A DNA stretch of 64,000 nt from contig NC_083238.1 in NCBI RefSeq assembly GCF_032191835.1, positions 21,824,001 through 21,888,000 on the forward strand, given 5' to 3'. Positions 1 through 11,295 of this stretch are shown piece after piece; position 1 is the stretch's first letter; the number at the start of each line of letters is the position of its first letter. The stretch comes from Heteronotia binoei (taxonomy: Eukaryota). The notes below the pieces were generated by a model, which saw nothing but the letters and a program-made list of their open reading frames with translations, made no database searches and had not been told where the DNA came from. The position numbers were made by a program, and so were the translations under genes.

Positions 1-2685
1 GGCTGAGGGGCAGCACTCCCCTCCCCTGTCCAGCCACGCGGGGGGGGGGGGGGCAGCATGGCAGCTCATAGACCGTTCCCCCCCAAAACCAAGCCTCCCC
101 ACCCTCCCAGGCCACTGACAGAGGGGGGGGTTGCCCAGGGAACGTGCAGCAGATGCCAAGCAGGAAAGACAACAGACGGCACAGCTCAGACTTATTTTTC
201 CAGAACAGAGTGCAACAGTCTCCCTGGCACACACTGGGCAGTCTCTCCGTGGGCCGCGCTCCATTCCATCGCGCTCCATTCCATCGGGCAGAAACAGCTG
301 AGGGAGTGGGGGCAGTGGAGCTGGAGAGCTGGGGAGGTGGCTCAGCAGCCTGAGGCGCAAGGGGATTGGCGAGGCAATCATGCCGCTCCCTAAGGGGTTT
401 GCAAGCTTCCACAGTGGCGGAGGCGACCGTTGTTTTTGGTTTCAACGAGTGCCTATGGGACATGCCGCCATTTTTTCAGGCATAAAGTTGCGCCTCTCAG
501 GGGGGGGGTGTCATGGGCCAAACTGCTCAGGAAGCCACCTAAGCCTGGCCGCGCCCCCAACTCCACCTCCTCCTCCACCTGAACGCCACGCTCCGCCTCA
601 CTTCCGCCCACGCTCAGGCACAGCCCTCAGGCGCTGCTGCCCTTGGGCGGAGCAGCACTCGGGCAGCCCCCCGCCCACATAACTCCTGCTGTGGTTGCGC
701 CGGTTGCACGTCAACACAAACCCTTCCTGCGCCCACGAAGCGGCTCGTCTGCTCCCAAAAGACTTCCCCCCCACCCCGGATTGTGCTGTTAGTCTTGTAA
801 ATTGCCTAGTTTTATTTAAAATATCTGTATCGCAAACATTTTTAGTAATGGTTTTTGGCTATAGAGTTTTACAGGAGAAAGAATTAAAACTGGCCCATTC
901 TGGTGCACATGTGCATACAGATAACAAAAAATAGGGACGGATGGAATATATAAACAATGGTTCATGCTCAGCAGTATCCAGTCAGCTTTTTCTCTCAGTC
1001 TCACCTAAATCCCTTCCTTACTACAGTTTCTGACCAACGTGCACCTCTCATGACAGAGGCTTTTTGGTTCTGAAAGACCATCTCTTTTTTGCCATCAACA
1101 GAAAAACTGCTTGAATCCAACTTTTTGTATTCTTTTCTGCTTTGCTTTGAAAAGTTCAAAAGAAAAGGGAGAGTGAGAGAGGGAATGAATGCATGCACAA
1201 ACTCCACATAAATAAATAAAGTGAAAATGCCAATAAAGAATTGGACAAAGGCTCAGGAGAATTTTTTAATGAGAAAAATAACAGAGAAAGAAAAACAAGA
1301 AAGGAAATTGCTGCAGTAAATATGAAGAAGTTCCAGCTTTCTTGCTGAAGTGCTTGCAGTCCCATGAGCCAGCTGGTGGGCACCACCTTCTGTATCCATA
1401 TGTTTTGGCAAGCCAGAAGCTATGAGGATGGAGAGGCTCATCTTAAATGTAGTTATCTGTTTTTAGGCTTTAGCCATTTTGTATTTTAATTTGGGGAGGG
1501 GTCATTTTACATTCAGGGTCATCTTCCTTTTGGCTGAATGCAGCAGTTAGCCCATTATAACTGACCAATACTAACAACAAACAACAACATAGGGTTAGGA
1601 AGGAGTCTCTCAATCTAAACCTTTACTACAAAATTGAGCACACAATCTATATAAAACCTTTTCGGGGTGGTCCTAATAAAAAGTACTGAGTACATGCCAT
1701 TCTTGTTTTCAAATTCTGGTTTTGGACCAACACAGCTACGAACTTATTTCAACGTTTTCTACACCACCAATATGTATAATTCTCAATATGGCCCCACTTG
1801 TGGATAATTAAATCCAAAGACTGAGGCAATGAGCAGACAAGACAGATTTTCCCACAAGCCTGAGAAAAACCCCATGTTTGCAGAAAAATCTGAAATTGGG
1901 TGGGGGGGGGATGCATTAGGGGTTCAAAACTTAAAATTATAGAAGCAGCACCTATAGCTTTAAGGAAAAACGCCTTCAGTTACCATTGCTAGGTAACCAC
2001 AACAGTACTGCCAGCCTTCAAGCCTGGGTTTCTGTCAGTAAAAGGCAGGGGCCTTTCCAGGGCTGTTTTGGCCTTTTAACTCAGGGCCAGGCCTAACAGC
2101 CATTGGGAGACTTGTACTATAAGACTGTTGCTTGCTACTGTTCAGTAAAAGCAACCTCACAAAAGCCCGTGTAGTGTAATGTAGATGTGAGAGTTTCAGA
2201 ACAGGATCTGGGAGACCTAGGTTCAAATCCCAGTTCTGCATGACAGCTCACTGTGAGACTCTGGGCCAGTCACACACTTTCAGCTTAGCCTTCTTCATAG
2301 GATTACTGTGAGGGTAAAATGGAGAAGAGATTTATGTAAGCTGCTTTAGGTACCCATCATGGGGGAAATTTGGAGTATAAATGAAGCAATTAATAATAAA
2401 TATTGTGGAAGATGGCAATCAGAGAAAAGGTAGGTCGATGGATGGATGTGAAGGAAAGAAGGAAGCGGGACAATTTTAGGATATGGTGGCTGTGAGGGAG
2501 AATCCTTGGTTTCTGTCAGGAAAAGGCTGAGGGAGAGATTAGAGCTCCTTCTGGGGATGTTTTGGCCTTAAAAAAAATTAAACAGCAGTAACTTACAATA
2601 TACAAGTAAAACAACAAAGCTTAATATAGCCATATAAGCCTCAAACAACAACTCCCTACGACCTAAATATGCTCTGATCTGGGTA

Positions 2686-2878
2686 GGCCCAGGTTAGCAC
2701 GATCTCATCAGATCTTGGAAGCTAAGCAGGCTCGGCCTCGGTCAGTATTTGGAGAGGAGACCTCCAAGCGTCACTATGCAGAAGCAGGCAATGGCAAACC
2801 ACCTCTGAACATCTCTTGCCTTGAAAACCTTGCAGGGTTGTCACAAATTGATTGCAACTTGAAAGCACTTTCCACTGT
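2686..2878 (+). mobile_element. 5S rRNA-derived SINE (5S-Sauria-like)
   Basis: Head cgatctcatcagatcttggaagctaagcagg...tcagtatttggagaggagacc resembles internal 5S rRNA sequence; followed by a non-5S body (gcaatggcaaaccacctctg...). Confidence 0.7.
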
Positions 2879-3036
2879 CAGACCCAAAATATAACTACCC
2901 AAATCAAACAATATCTATTTATAGATCATCTTCTTCATACAAAACAGTGCTGATAGCTACATTTTTAGTGCTCCTTCTAGTCTGTCCTCTCCAAGACTGT
3001 ACAGGACGTGTAGAGAAACATAATAAACAAACTACA

Positions 3037-3322
3037 CCAGTTTGGTGTAGTGGTTAAGTGTGCGGACTCTTATCTGGGAGAACCGGGTTTGATTCCCCAC
3101 TCCTCCACTTGCACCTGCTAGCATGGCCTTGGGTCAGCCATAGCTCTGGCAGAGGTTGTCCTTGAAAGGGCAGCTGCTGTGAGAGCCCTCTCCAGCCCCA
3201 CCCACCTCACAGGGTGTCTGTTGTGGGGGAGGAAAGTAAAGGAGATTGTGAGCCGCTCTGAGACTCTTTGGAGTGGAGGGCGGGATATAAATCCAATATC
3301 ATCATCATTATCATCATCAAAT
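3037..3322 (+). mobile_element. Squam3 (Ther1/MIR-related CORE-SINE), full length
   Basis: tRNA-like head (tggtgtagtggtt; gggtttgattccc), CORE-like cctcacagggtgtctgttgtgggg, L2-like tail. Confidence 0.85.
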
Positions 3323-4188
3323 AAACAAACAAACTGTTTTGGGGGCAGAACCAAAATTGGCAACATGTCAGAGAGGGGGTGTAATTCATTTTTTTTTTTC
3401 CTTATTCAGAAGTAGCTCATCCTAAGACATGAAAGTTAACATTACTAGACCTACAGGCGAAATGCTTCACAGCTTGATCCTCTATGAAAGCAATTCACTT
3501 CGGGCTAAAAGTAAATTTGATCAAACGGGATAGTACCTCTGAGCCTGTGGAGAGCACTTTGGGCTGTGGAGGGACAGTAGTCAGGACTGAGCACAAACAA
3601 AATGTCTGTATCTGGAGAATGCAATTTTTAAAAAAAAGTTTTACAGAGAGTAAAGGAATCACAGAAACAAGCCCATATTTTTGTCCTGGATTTACAGTCT
3701 CTGTTCTGACAACTGGTCAAAACGTGGGAAGCATTGGCACTTGACAACTTTCAACCAGGCACAAGATCTCATACACCTGCAGCACTTAATTTTGTATATA
3801 AAGGGGCTAAGCTTTCCCAGAAAGAGACACTGGATGCTTTCCCCTCCAAGTGGTGGCTGGAAATCTCCATGCAACACAGATCAATTCACCAGGAGACGAC
3901 CACTTTGGAAATTGGAAGATGGATTCTATAGCATCATACACAATTGAAGCCCTTCTCCCCCAAACCCCACCCTCCTCAAGCTCCACCCCCCCCCCCAATC
4001 CCCAGGTATTTCCTGACCTGGAGCTGGCAACCCTAATTTGCTGATGAAATTTGTGATGGAATATCACATTCCGATACTCTTTGAGCTGAGAGAAATGCAT
4101 TCGAGACTCGCTTTCTCTTCTTTTTTAAAGGACTTCCTATTTCCCACTTTCTATGCTGAGCTTGACCACTGGAAATAAAATTCCAGGC

Positions 4189-4599
4189 TTAAGAACATAA
4201 GAGAAGCCATGTTAGATCAGGCCAATGGCCCATCCAGTCCAACACTCTGTGTCACATAAGAACATAAGAGAAGCCATGTTGGATCAGGCCAATGGCCCAT
4301 CCAGTCCAACACTGTGTCACATAAGAACATAAGAGAAGCCATGTTGGATCAGGCCAGTGGCCCCTCCAGTCCAACACTCTGTGTCACATAAGAACATAAG
4401 AGAAGCCCTGTTGGATCAGGCCAATGGCCCATCCAGTCCAACCCTCTGTGTCACATAAGAACATAAGAGAAGCCATGTTGGATCAGGCCAGTGGCCCCTC
4501 CAGTCCAAACCTCTGTGTCACATAAGAACATAAGAGAAGCCATGTTGGATCAGGCCAATGGCCCATCCAGTCCAACACTCTGTGTCACACAGTGGCCAA

Positions 4600-4633
<34 letters not shown>

Positions 4634-5210
4634 TGGCTAATAGCCACTGATGGACCTCTGCTCCATATTTTTATCTAAACCCCTCTTGAAGGTGGCCATG
4701 GTTGTAGCCGCCACCACCTCCTGTGGCAGTGAATTCCACATATTAATCACCCTTTGGGTGAAGAAGTACTTCCTTTTATCCGTTTTAACCCGTCTGCTCA
4801 GCAATTTCATCGAATGCCCACGAGTTCTTGTCTTGTGAGAAAGGGAGAAAAGGACTTCTTTCTCTGCTTTCTCCATCCCATGCATTATCTTGCAAACCTC
4901 TCTCATGTCACCCCGCAGTCGACTTTTCTCCAAGCCAAAGAGTCCCAAGCGTTTCAACCTTTCTTCATAGGGAAGGTGTTCCAGCCCTTTAATCATTCTA
5001 GTTGCCCTTTTCTGGACTTTCTCCAATGCTATAATATCCTTTTTGAGGTGCGGCGACCAGAACTGCACACAGTGCTCCAAATGAGGCCGCACCATCGATT
5101 TATACAGGGGCATTATGATACTGGCTGATTTGTTTTCAGTTCCCTTCCTAATCATTCCCAGCATGGCGTTGGCCTTTTTTTTATTGCAAACGCACGCTGC
5201 CTTGACATTT
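4189..5210 (-). mobile_element. 5'-truncated CR1 LINE: end of ORF2 (4637-5164), (GT)n in the 3' UTR, and six tandem copies of the 3' terminal 67 bp
   Basis: Open 175-aa frame with CR1 RT C-terminal motifs (LYKSMVRPHLEHCVQFWSPHLKKD; KYFFTQRVINMWNSLP); terminal (TTATGTTC)-type tail. Confidence 0.93.
4601..4632. repeat. (AC)n microsatellite inside the CR1 3' UTR
   Basis: Read directly. Confidence 0.95.
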
Positions 5211-5720
5211 GCAGCGAGGCTTGGACTTCGATGAGACGCGCTTTAGGCCCCATCTTCTGACCCGCCTCCGTGAACACACTGCTCGCTTCACTCCCCCGGC
5301 GCCAGCAGGCCAGCCTTGCCCTTCCCCGCCTCTTTCCCTGGCCAGCGCCGCCCCCTTCTGCTCCGTGGAGAAATAAAGGCGCATCGCTGGGCTCCCGAGG
5401 GGAAAGAGACTTTGGGTAGGGGTTGTGCAAGCGGCGGCCGTTTCGGACTCGTTCCCTCCCGTAGCGGAGATGCTGACAAAGGCCGACGGGCTGGCGCCGA
5501 CCTCCCCCTTGAAAGGGGGGCGTTCCCCCGCAGGTAAGCAAGTTCGCGGGCAGGGTGGGAAGGTCGGGAGCGGCGCGCGCCGCTGGCGCGTTTGGGGCGA
5601 TGGCGCTGGAGCGCAGCGCTGCTCTTCGCTCGCGCCCCAAGTCAGGTTTGCAGGAGATGGCTCGGGCTGGAGAGAGGGGGAGAGTTTGTATCCCCTTCGC
5701 GAGGCACTAATGTCGTGCTT
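5211..5720 (+). promoter_or_regulatory. CpG island / DAPL1 promoter and 5' region
   Basis: High GC and dense CpG around exon 1; GC-box-like CCCCGCC (about 5325) and CGCCCCC (about 5349); TATA-like AAATAAAG at 5371-5378. Confidence 0.75.
5470..5533 (+). CDS. DAPL1: DAPL1 (death-associated protein-like 1) coding exon 1, MLTKADGLAPTSPLKGGRSPA + 1 nt
   Basis: ATG in gcggagATG context inside a CpG island; ends at strong donor CAG|gtaagc, phase 1. SPLKGGRSPA resembles human DAPL1 SPRKGGHPPA. Frame continues cleanly into exon 2. Confidence 0.9.
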
Positions 5721-6567
5721 CAGTATTCAGTGTTGTGCTTTAGTTTTCTGCCAACCGTCCCGTGTCTAAGGAATGGAAGTTCTGCAACGCTTGTTTTTTT
5801 TTTTTTGGAGGGGGAGTTAAGACAGAAAGCGGAGGGAGTTCATGGGCTTTTCTGCTGCGACTCCCTTTCCAAATTGGCTGCCCTGGGCTCTGTGTCCCCC
5901 CCCCCCCCTGTGTTGTGATGCTCTTCTGTCACGCTCTGCTGTTGTTAGGAGGCATTTCTGCCTGCTTGCTAGAAAGGTGCGTTCCTTTCCAAAGGCATGC
6001 TCTCACGCAGTTATGCGTGTTGTTGATCACAGACTCCTGTGACGGGCTCGTTTTGGCAAAGGCCGTTCTGCGCTGCTGGAGCTCCTCCCTTTTGGAAATT
6101 CCCCAAGAGCAATCGTAACAGGGCTTCTTTCTAGCATTTCGCACTATGCTATCCCGGCTTAGCCCTGTCCCCAAGCTGACATTCTACACTAAAATCATTG
6201 AGTTGGTTTCTCTGATTCTAGTGTAGAATCTCCGTTTGGGGACTGGGCTAAACCAGGATTAAGGCTCTAGTGCGAAATTGGTGGTAATGCCACCGTTCCC
6301 CCCCCTGGAAATAACCTTCTGGCTTCCAAAACATTAACATGTGGTTGTTCACGTATTTGAGAAGTGGACCATACTCCTAGTTTGTTAGAAGTGAGAAACC
6401 ACTAACCTATGAAATGTTGCCAAGCGCTGTAGTTTAGTAGTTTTATGTCTGTGGAATGGGCTGTTAAAAATCAAGGTCATTAACAATGAAAACCTAATTA
6501 CCTACATGAGACATCCAAACTGTAGCACAAAAAAAAATTGGGGGGCTAAAAGAGTAAGCAAAACTAC

Positions 6568-7158
6568 GCCAGTTTGGTGTAGTGGTTAAGTGTGAGGACT
6601 CTTATCTGGGAGAACCGGGTTTGATTCCCCACTCCTCCACTTGCACCTGCTGCCATGGCCTTGGGTCAGCCATAGCTCTGGCAGAGGTTGTCCTTGAAAG
6701 GGCAGCTGCTGTGAGAGCCCTCTCCAGCCCCACCCACCTCACAGGGTGTCTGTTGTGGAGGAGGAAGGGAAAGGAGATTGTGAGCCGCTCTGAGACTCTT
6801 CAGAGTGGAGGGCGGGATATAAATCCAATATCTTCATTCACCTCACAGGGTGTCTGTTGTGGGGGAGGAAGGGAAAGGAGATTGTGAGACGCTCTGAGAC
6901 TCTTCGGAGTGGAGGGCGGGATATAAATCCAATATCTTCATCTACCTCACAGGGTGTCTGTTGTGGGGGAGGAAGGTAAAGGAGATTGTGAGCCACTCTG
7001 AGACTCTTCGGAGTGGAGGGCGGGATATAAATCCAATATCTTCATCTACCTCACAGGGTGCCTGTTGTGGGGGAGGAAGATAACGGAGATTGTGAGCCGC
7101 TCTGAGACTCTTTGGAGTGGAGGGCGGGATATAAATCCAATATCTTCATCATCTTCTT
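6568..7158 (+). mobile_element. Squam3 SINE with four tandem copies of its 3' 104 bp
   Basis: cctcacaggg units start at 6737, 6841, 6945 and 7049. Confidence 0.9.
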
Positions 7159-7766
7159 CTAACTCTGTTAATGGGAGGGGCTTCTTGGGATACATAAAAT
7201 GCCTTTTTATCTTGGCAAGACTGAGATCATCCTGTGCCAAAACAGATGTTCATTTCTCAGGGGTTAATAAGGTGCGTGTGTGAGCAGGGGAGGGAGACGC
7301 CGCTATCAGCAGCATGATGGATTTTCATCTGTATCCATTTCTGCTACTTCTGTGCCTTAAAAAAGCAAAAGCAGTTGCCTGAATTTGATGTATTTATCTA
7401 AAATATTTTTTCTTCTGCAAAGCAGGACTCAAAGCGATTTTACAGATCTGAAAACACAGACTATTTAATTTCTCAGTATAATTTAGCTTTCAGCTTGATG
7501 CTTCAAGTCAGGAGAATCTGATACTCATAGGTTTGCCTGTACAATTTGGCCTTTTGCTACTTACTGAATCTCTGAAGGGTAAAGCACACACAGCCCCAGG
7601 CAGACGTTCGTTTTCAGAACTAACAAATCAGAGGTGGGGCTGAGAAGAGGAGGGAAAGCTCAGGCCTTGGTGGAATGTTGTCTCCTGACAAACAGATTAT
7701 ATTTGTCAGCTGATTAGAGATTGATTTGGGTGTTAATCAACTAATAGGTTAACTGAGGCTGTAATA

Positions 7767-7896
7767 GGCTGTGATCACACACACTAAATAATGCATTTTC
7801 AATGCACTTTCCAACTGGATTTTGCCAGTTCACACAAGTAAAATCCAGTTGGAAAGTGCATTGAAAGTGCATTATTTAGTGTGTGTGATCGCAGCA
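7767..7896. mobile_element. Fold-back MITE (possibly PIF/Harbinger-like)
   Basis: Near-perfect inverted repeat of about 55 bp; possible 3-bp TSD ATA. Confidence 0.6.
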
Positions 7897-9689
7897 ATAG
7901 GAAAGTATACTTACTTAGAAGTCGCTTCTACTGAAATTAGTGTGAATGACTTCAAAATATAGATAATTATATTGGAGAGATCCACAAGAGCTTGTGGCAG
8001 GCATCTCTTTTCCACCTCTCCTACATTTTCTCTTAAACTTCCCTAAAAACCCCTAGTTGCACCAGGCCAACTGCCAGACCAGTTGCACAGTGCAGGACTT
8101 ACAAGGACTTGCAGGAGGGCACCTCATTCTCCTGCATTCCCCACCCCACACTATTTCCTGCATCCTACTGGCAATCTCCATATCCTTACTTTGTCATACT
8201 TCCTTTCTCTTTCCTTTTAGATTCACTGGTATGGTAAGCCAGGAACCTGTAAAAAATTAGCAGAGTACGCATAGCAGATCTTCTGTGTTCTGTATGTGCT
8301 TGCAAAGTTACAGAATTACACAGAGCCACGTGTCAGTTTCAAAGACTGAGAAAGAGTTCTTTATTTAGTGAACTTCATTCTAAGGATAGATGAAAGATAG
8401 GAGTAGAATCTATGCTAACTACCTGGATGGATGCAGATGCAGAGATGTATGTCCTGCATCATCCATGGTGCCAAAGATGGAGAGCAAAATGTACTCCTTT
8501 GTGTGTGCATGTGAGAGAGAAGTGTGAATGGAAGGAAGAAAGCAATTTCCCTGAGAGAATCAGTCTACACATCAAAAAGACTGAGGCAGAAGAGCAGACA
8601 GGAAGGGAACCCACAGTTTGCCTGTCTATCTGACTCTCTTGTATACCCCTCATCCTCGAAAGCCATGGCTAAGAGACAGTGTCTGGTCCTTCTCTTCCAG
8701 CATTTCCCACCTACCAACCTACCTTGTATCTGATCCTCTTTTTCAGTTGTATTTATTTATGTCACTTCCTTTCCACAATGGAGTTCCAAAGCAGTTTACA
8801 GCATTCTCCTCCATTCTGTCCTCAAACAACCTTGTAGGCTTGAGAATAGTTAACTTACCATGAGCACCCAGTGAACTTCTACGGGAGATTTGTGGTTCCA
8901 GCTTGGGTCCCCTTGATCCAGGGATAGCAGGCATCCCGCTATAGTGGGAAGAAAAGAGGCAGGGAATGGAATGTGCGCTGACATGCTTACATTTTACTGG
9001 AAGTGACGCAGCAGATGCTGTAGCATTGGGCAAAAACACTATGGTAAAACTGTGGAGTTTTTATAAAATGATAGTGTCCACCCTGTAATTTCTAGTTTTT
9101 ACCTGAAGTGATGGAAGCATGCTGGTACAAAGCATGCTGGTATTCCAGGCCCCACCCCTCCATTTCTTCCTGTGGGCTGCTGGCTACAACCTGGCAATCC
9201 TACTTAGATTGTGCTTCGGAACTGTAACTATTGTACCATGCTGGGTTTCATGGGATATCTCCTGTTGAACAATAGCAAGCAGGTAGGCCTGGTAGAGTCA
9301 ATGAAGTCAGGGAAGTAGTAAGTTACCCTGTGGGTGCTTTCAGGCTGGGTCCCATGAGTTATATTTTAAAGGCCAAAACAGTCCTGGAAAGGTCCCTGCC
9401 TGCTTTGCTTGCCTTTTACTGACAGAAACCAAGGCTTGAAGACTGTGTAATACTGTTGTGGTTGCCTAAGCAATGGCCACCAATGGCATCTGCTTTGTAA
9501 TTGCTTCTGTTATTTTGGAGAGTTTAGCCCACAATATATTTTTTATAGTTCAGGTTTTTCTTCAAACCTGGGGCTTTTCTGAGGTTTGTAGAAAGATCTG
9601 TACTGTCTGTCCATGGTTCCGGTCTCCGGATTTAAGTATCCCCAGATGGAACCATGTTGAGAATTAGATTTATATCCTGTGGGGAAAAA

Positions 9690-10221
9690 ATTTGGTAAGG
9701 ACATACAGACAAAATTTTGCTCCACTTTGCAAGACTTATCCAGCATTCCATCAAGTTTGGCCGAGGACCTGCCTACCTTAGGGACCGCCTCTCTCCATAT
9801 GTTCCCCAGAGAGCACTGCGTTCCAGTTCACAAAATCTTTTGGAAATCCCTGGGCCTAAGGAAGCCAAACTTAAAACAACTAGGGAGCTGGCCTTCTCTA
9901 TAAAAGCGCCCCAATGGTGGAATCAGCTGCCGGAGGAGGTGTGGGCCCTGAGGGACCTCAACCAGTTCCGCAGGGCCTGCAAAACTGCCCTCTTCCAAGA
10001 AGCCTTTAAGACGTAACCAGAATGAATATTACGCTGCCTGGATAAATAGAGACTGTAGCACCACTGTATTGTTTTTTAGCTTTTTAAAATTAATTTATAT
10101 TTGTATTTATATTTATATTGCTGATTGATTTTACTTGTATTGTTATATCATGATAACATATCATGTTCTGTAAGCTGCCCTGAGCCTGCCTCAGCGGGGA
10201 GGGTGGGATATAAATAAAAAC

Positions 10222-10283
<62 letters not shown>
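9690..10283 (+). mobile_element. L2-clade LINE 3' end with (TTA)n tail
   Basis: ORF 9717-10016 reads GPAYLRDRLSPYVP.R.LRSS...AFSIKAPQWWNQLPEEV...FRRACKT, typical of L2 ORF2 ends; 3' end tgtaagctgccctgag...gggatataaat followed by about 20 TTA units (10222-10283). Confidence 0.85.
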
Positions 10284-10285
<2 letters not shown>

Positions 10286-10991
10286 GTTTGAAGATATGGA
10301 CTATTATTTTTACACATGATAAAATCCATTTCAAAATAAGCAAGTTCAAGGACCATCAGTATTGTTAAAGTTCAGGTTTAAACACATGTTGACACTGACT
10401 TCAGTGGTGCACTGTGAGTTTCAGATGCCAACCATGTTGGATAAGAAGAAATATTACAAGATTGCTTTACCACTGGATTTTTATCTAAAGCTGGTAAAGC
10501 AGTAGTGGCTTCACTCAAAAATGCAATCGTTATTATCAAATTTTTGCCGAGAGAGCAGAATTGTTGCAATGAATAAATAATAGCTGGCATTTATATAAAA
10601 CTTTAAAATGTTCAGAGCCCTCTGGCAATCCTTCAAACATCCCCTATAAAACAAGTCAATGTATTATCTCTATATTGCAGAGAAGGGTTACTAAGACAGA
10701 ATTATGCATCAGGGGATGGAATTGTGCGTTATATTTAGTTCTGCGGTCCTTATACCAACATTATAGTGCTGTTACTTGGGCTTCAGTGTAATGGAGAAGA
10801 CTAGTGCAGTATAGTGGTTTGAGTACTGGATTAGGATCTAGGAGAACCAGGTTCCCAGAATTCTGAAGCTCACGCAGCAAGTTTCATGGCACTTTGGATT
10901 CAACCTAACCTCACTCATAGAGTTGTTGTGGTGATGGAATGGAGGAGAGAACTCCATAAGCTGCTTTGAGTCCCAGTTGGGGAGGGGGAAA

Positions 10992-11295
10992 AAAAGGTAA
11001 AGTTAGTACCCTGTGCAAGCATCAATCATTTTCGACTCTGGGATGGCGTTGCTTTCACAACGTTTTCACAGCAGACTTTTTTTTTTACGAGGTGGTTTGC
11101 CATTGCCTTCCTCAGTCATCTACACTTTCCCCCCAGCAAGCTGTGTACTCATTTTACCGACCTCGGAAAGATGGAAGGCTGAGTCAACCTTGAGCCGGCT
11201 ACCTGAAACCAGTTTCTGCTGGTATCGAACTCAGGTCGTGAGTAGAGGGCTCCGACTGCAGTACTGCAGCTTTACCACTCCGCACCATGGGGCTG
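10992..11295. mobile_element. Sauria SINE (Squam1)
   Basis: aaaggtaaag...tttgccattgccttcctcagtcatc...tactcattttaccgacctcggaaagatggaaggctgagtcaacc...gcgccac-type consensus. Confidence 0.85.

Noticed and set aside
1-790. GC-rich start of the window as a third promoter
   Set aside because: CpG density is modest, the text resembles squamate non-autonomous repeats (ends ggattgtgctgt), and it is cut by the window edge.
2686-2770. 5S rRNA gene
   Set aside because: Partial and diverged, fused to a SINE-like body.
5152-5918. Several 100-160-aa ORFs over the DAPL1 promoter, including the 114-aa frame from 5425
   Set aside because: GC-rich chance frames. The 5425 frame starts at GTG and simply reads through the exon 1 donor into the intron.
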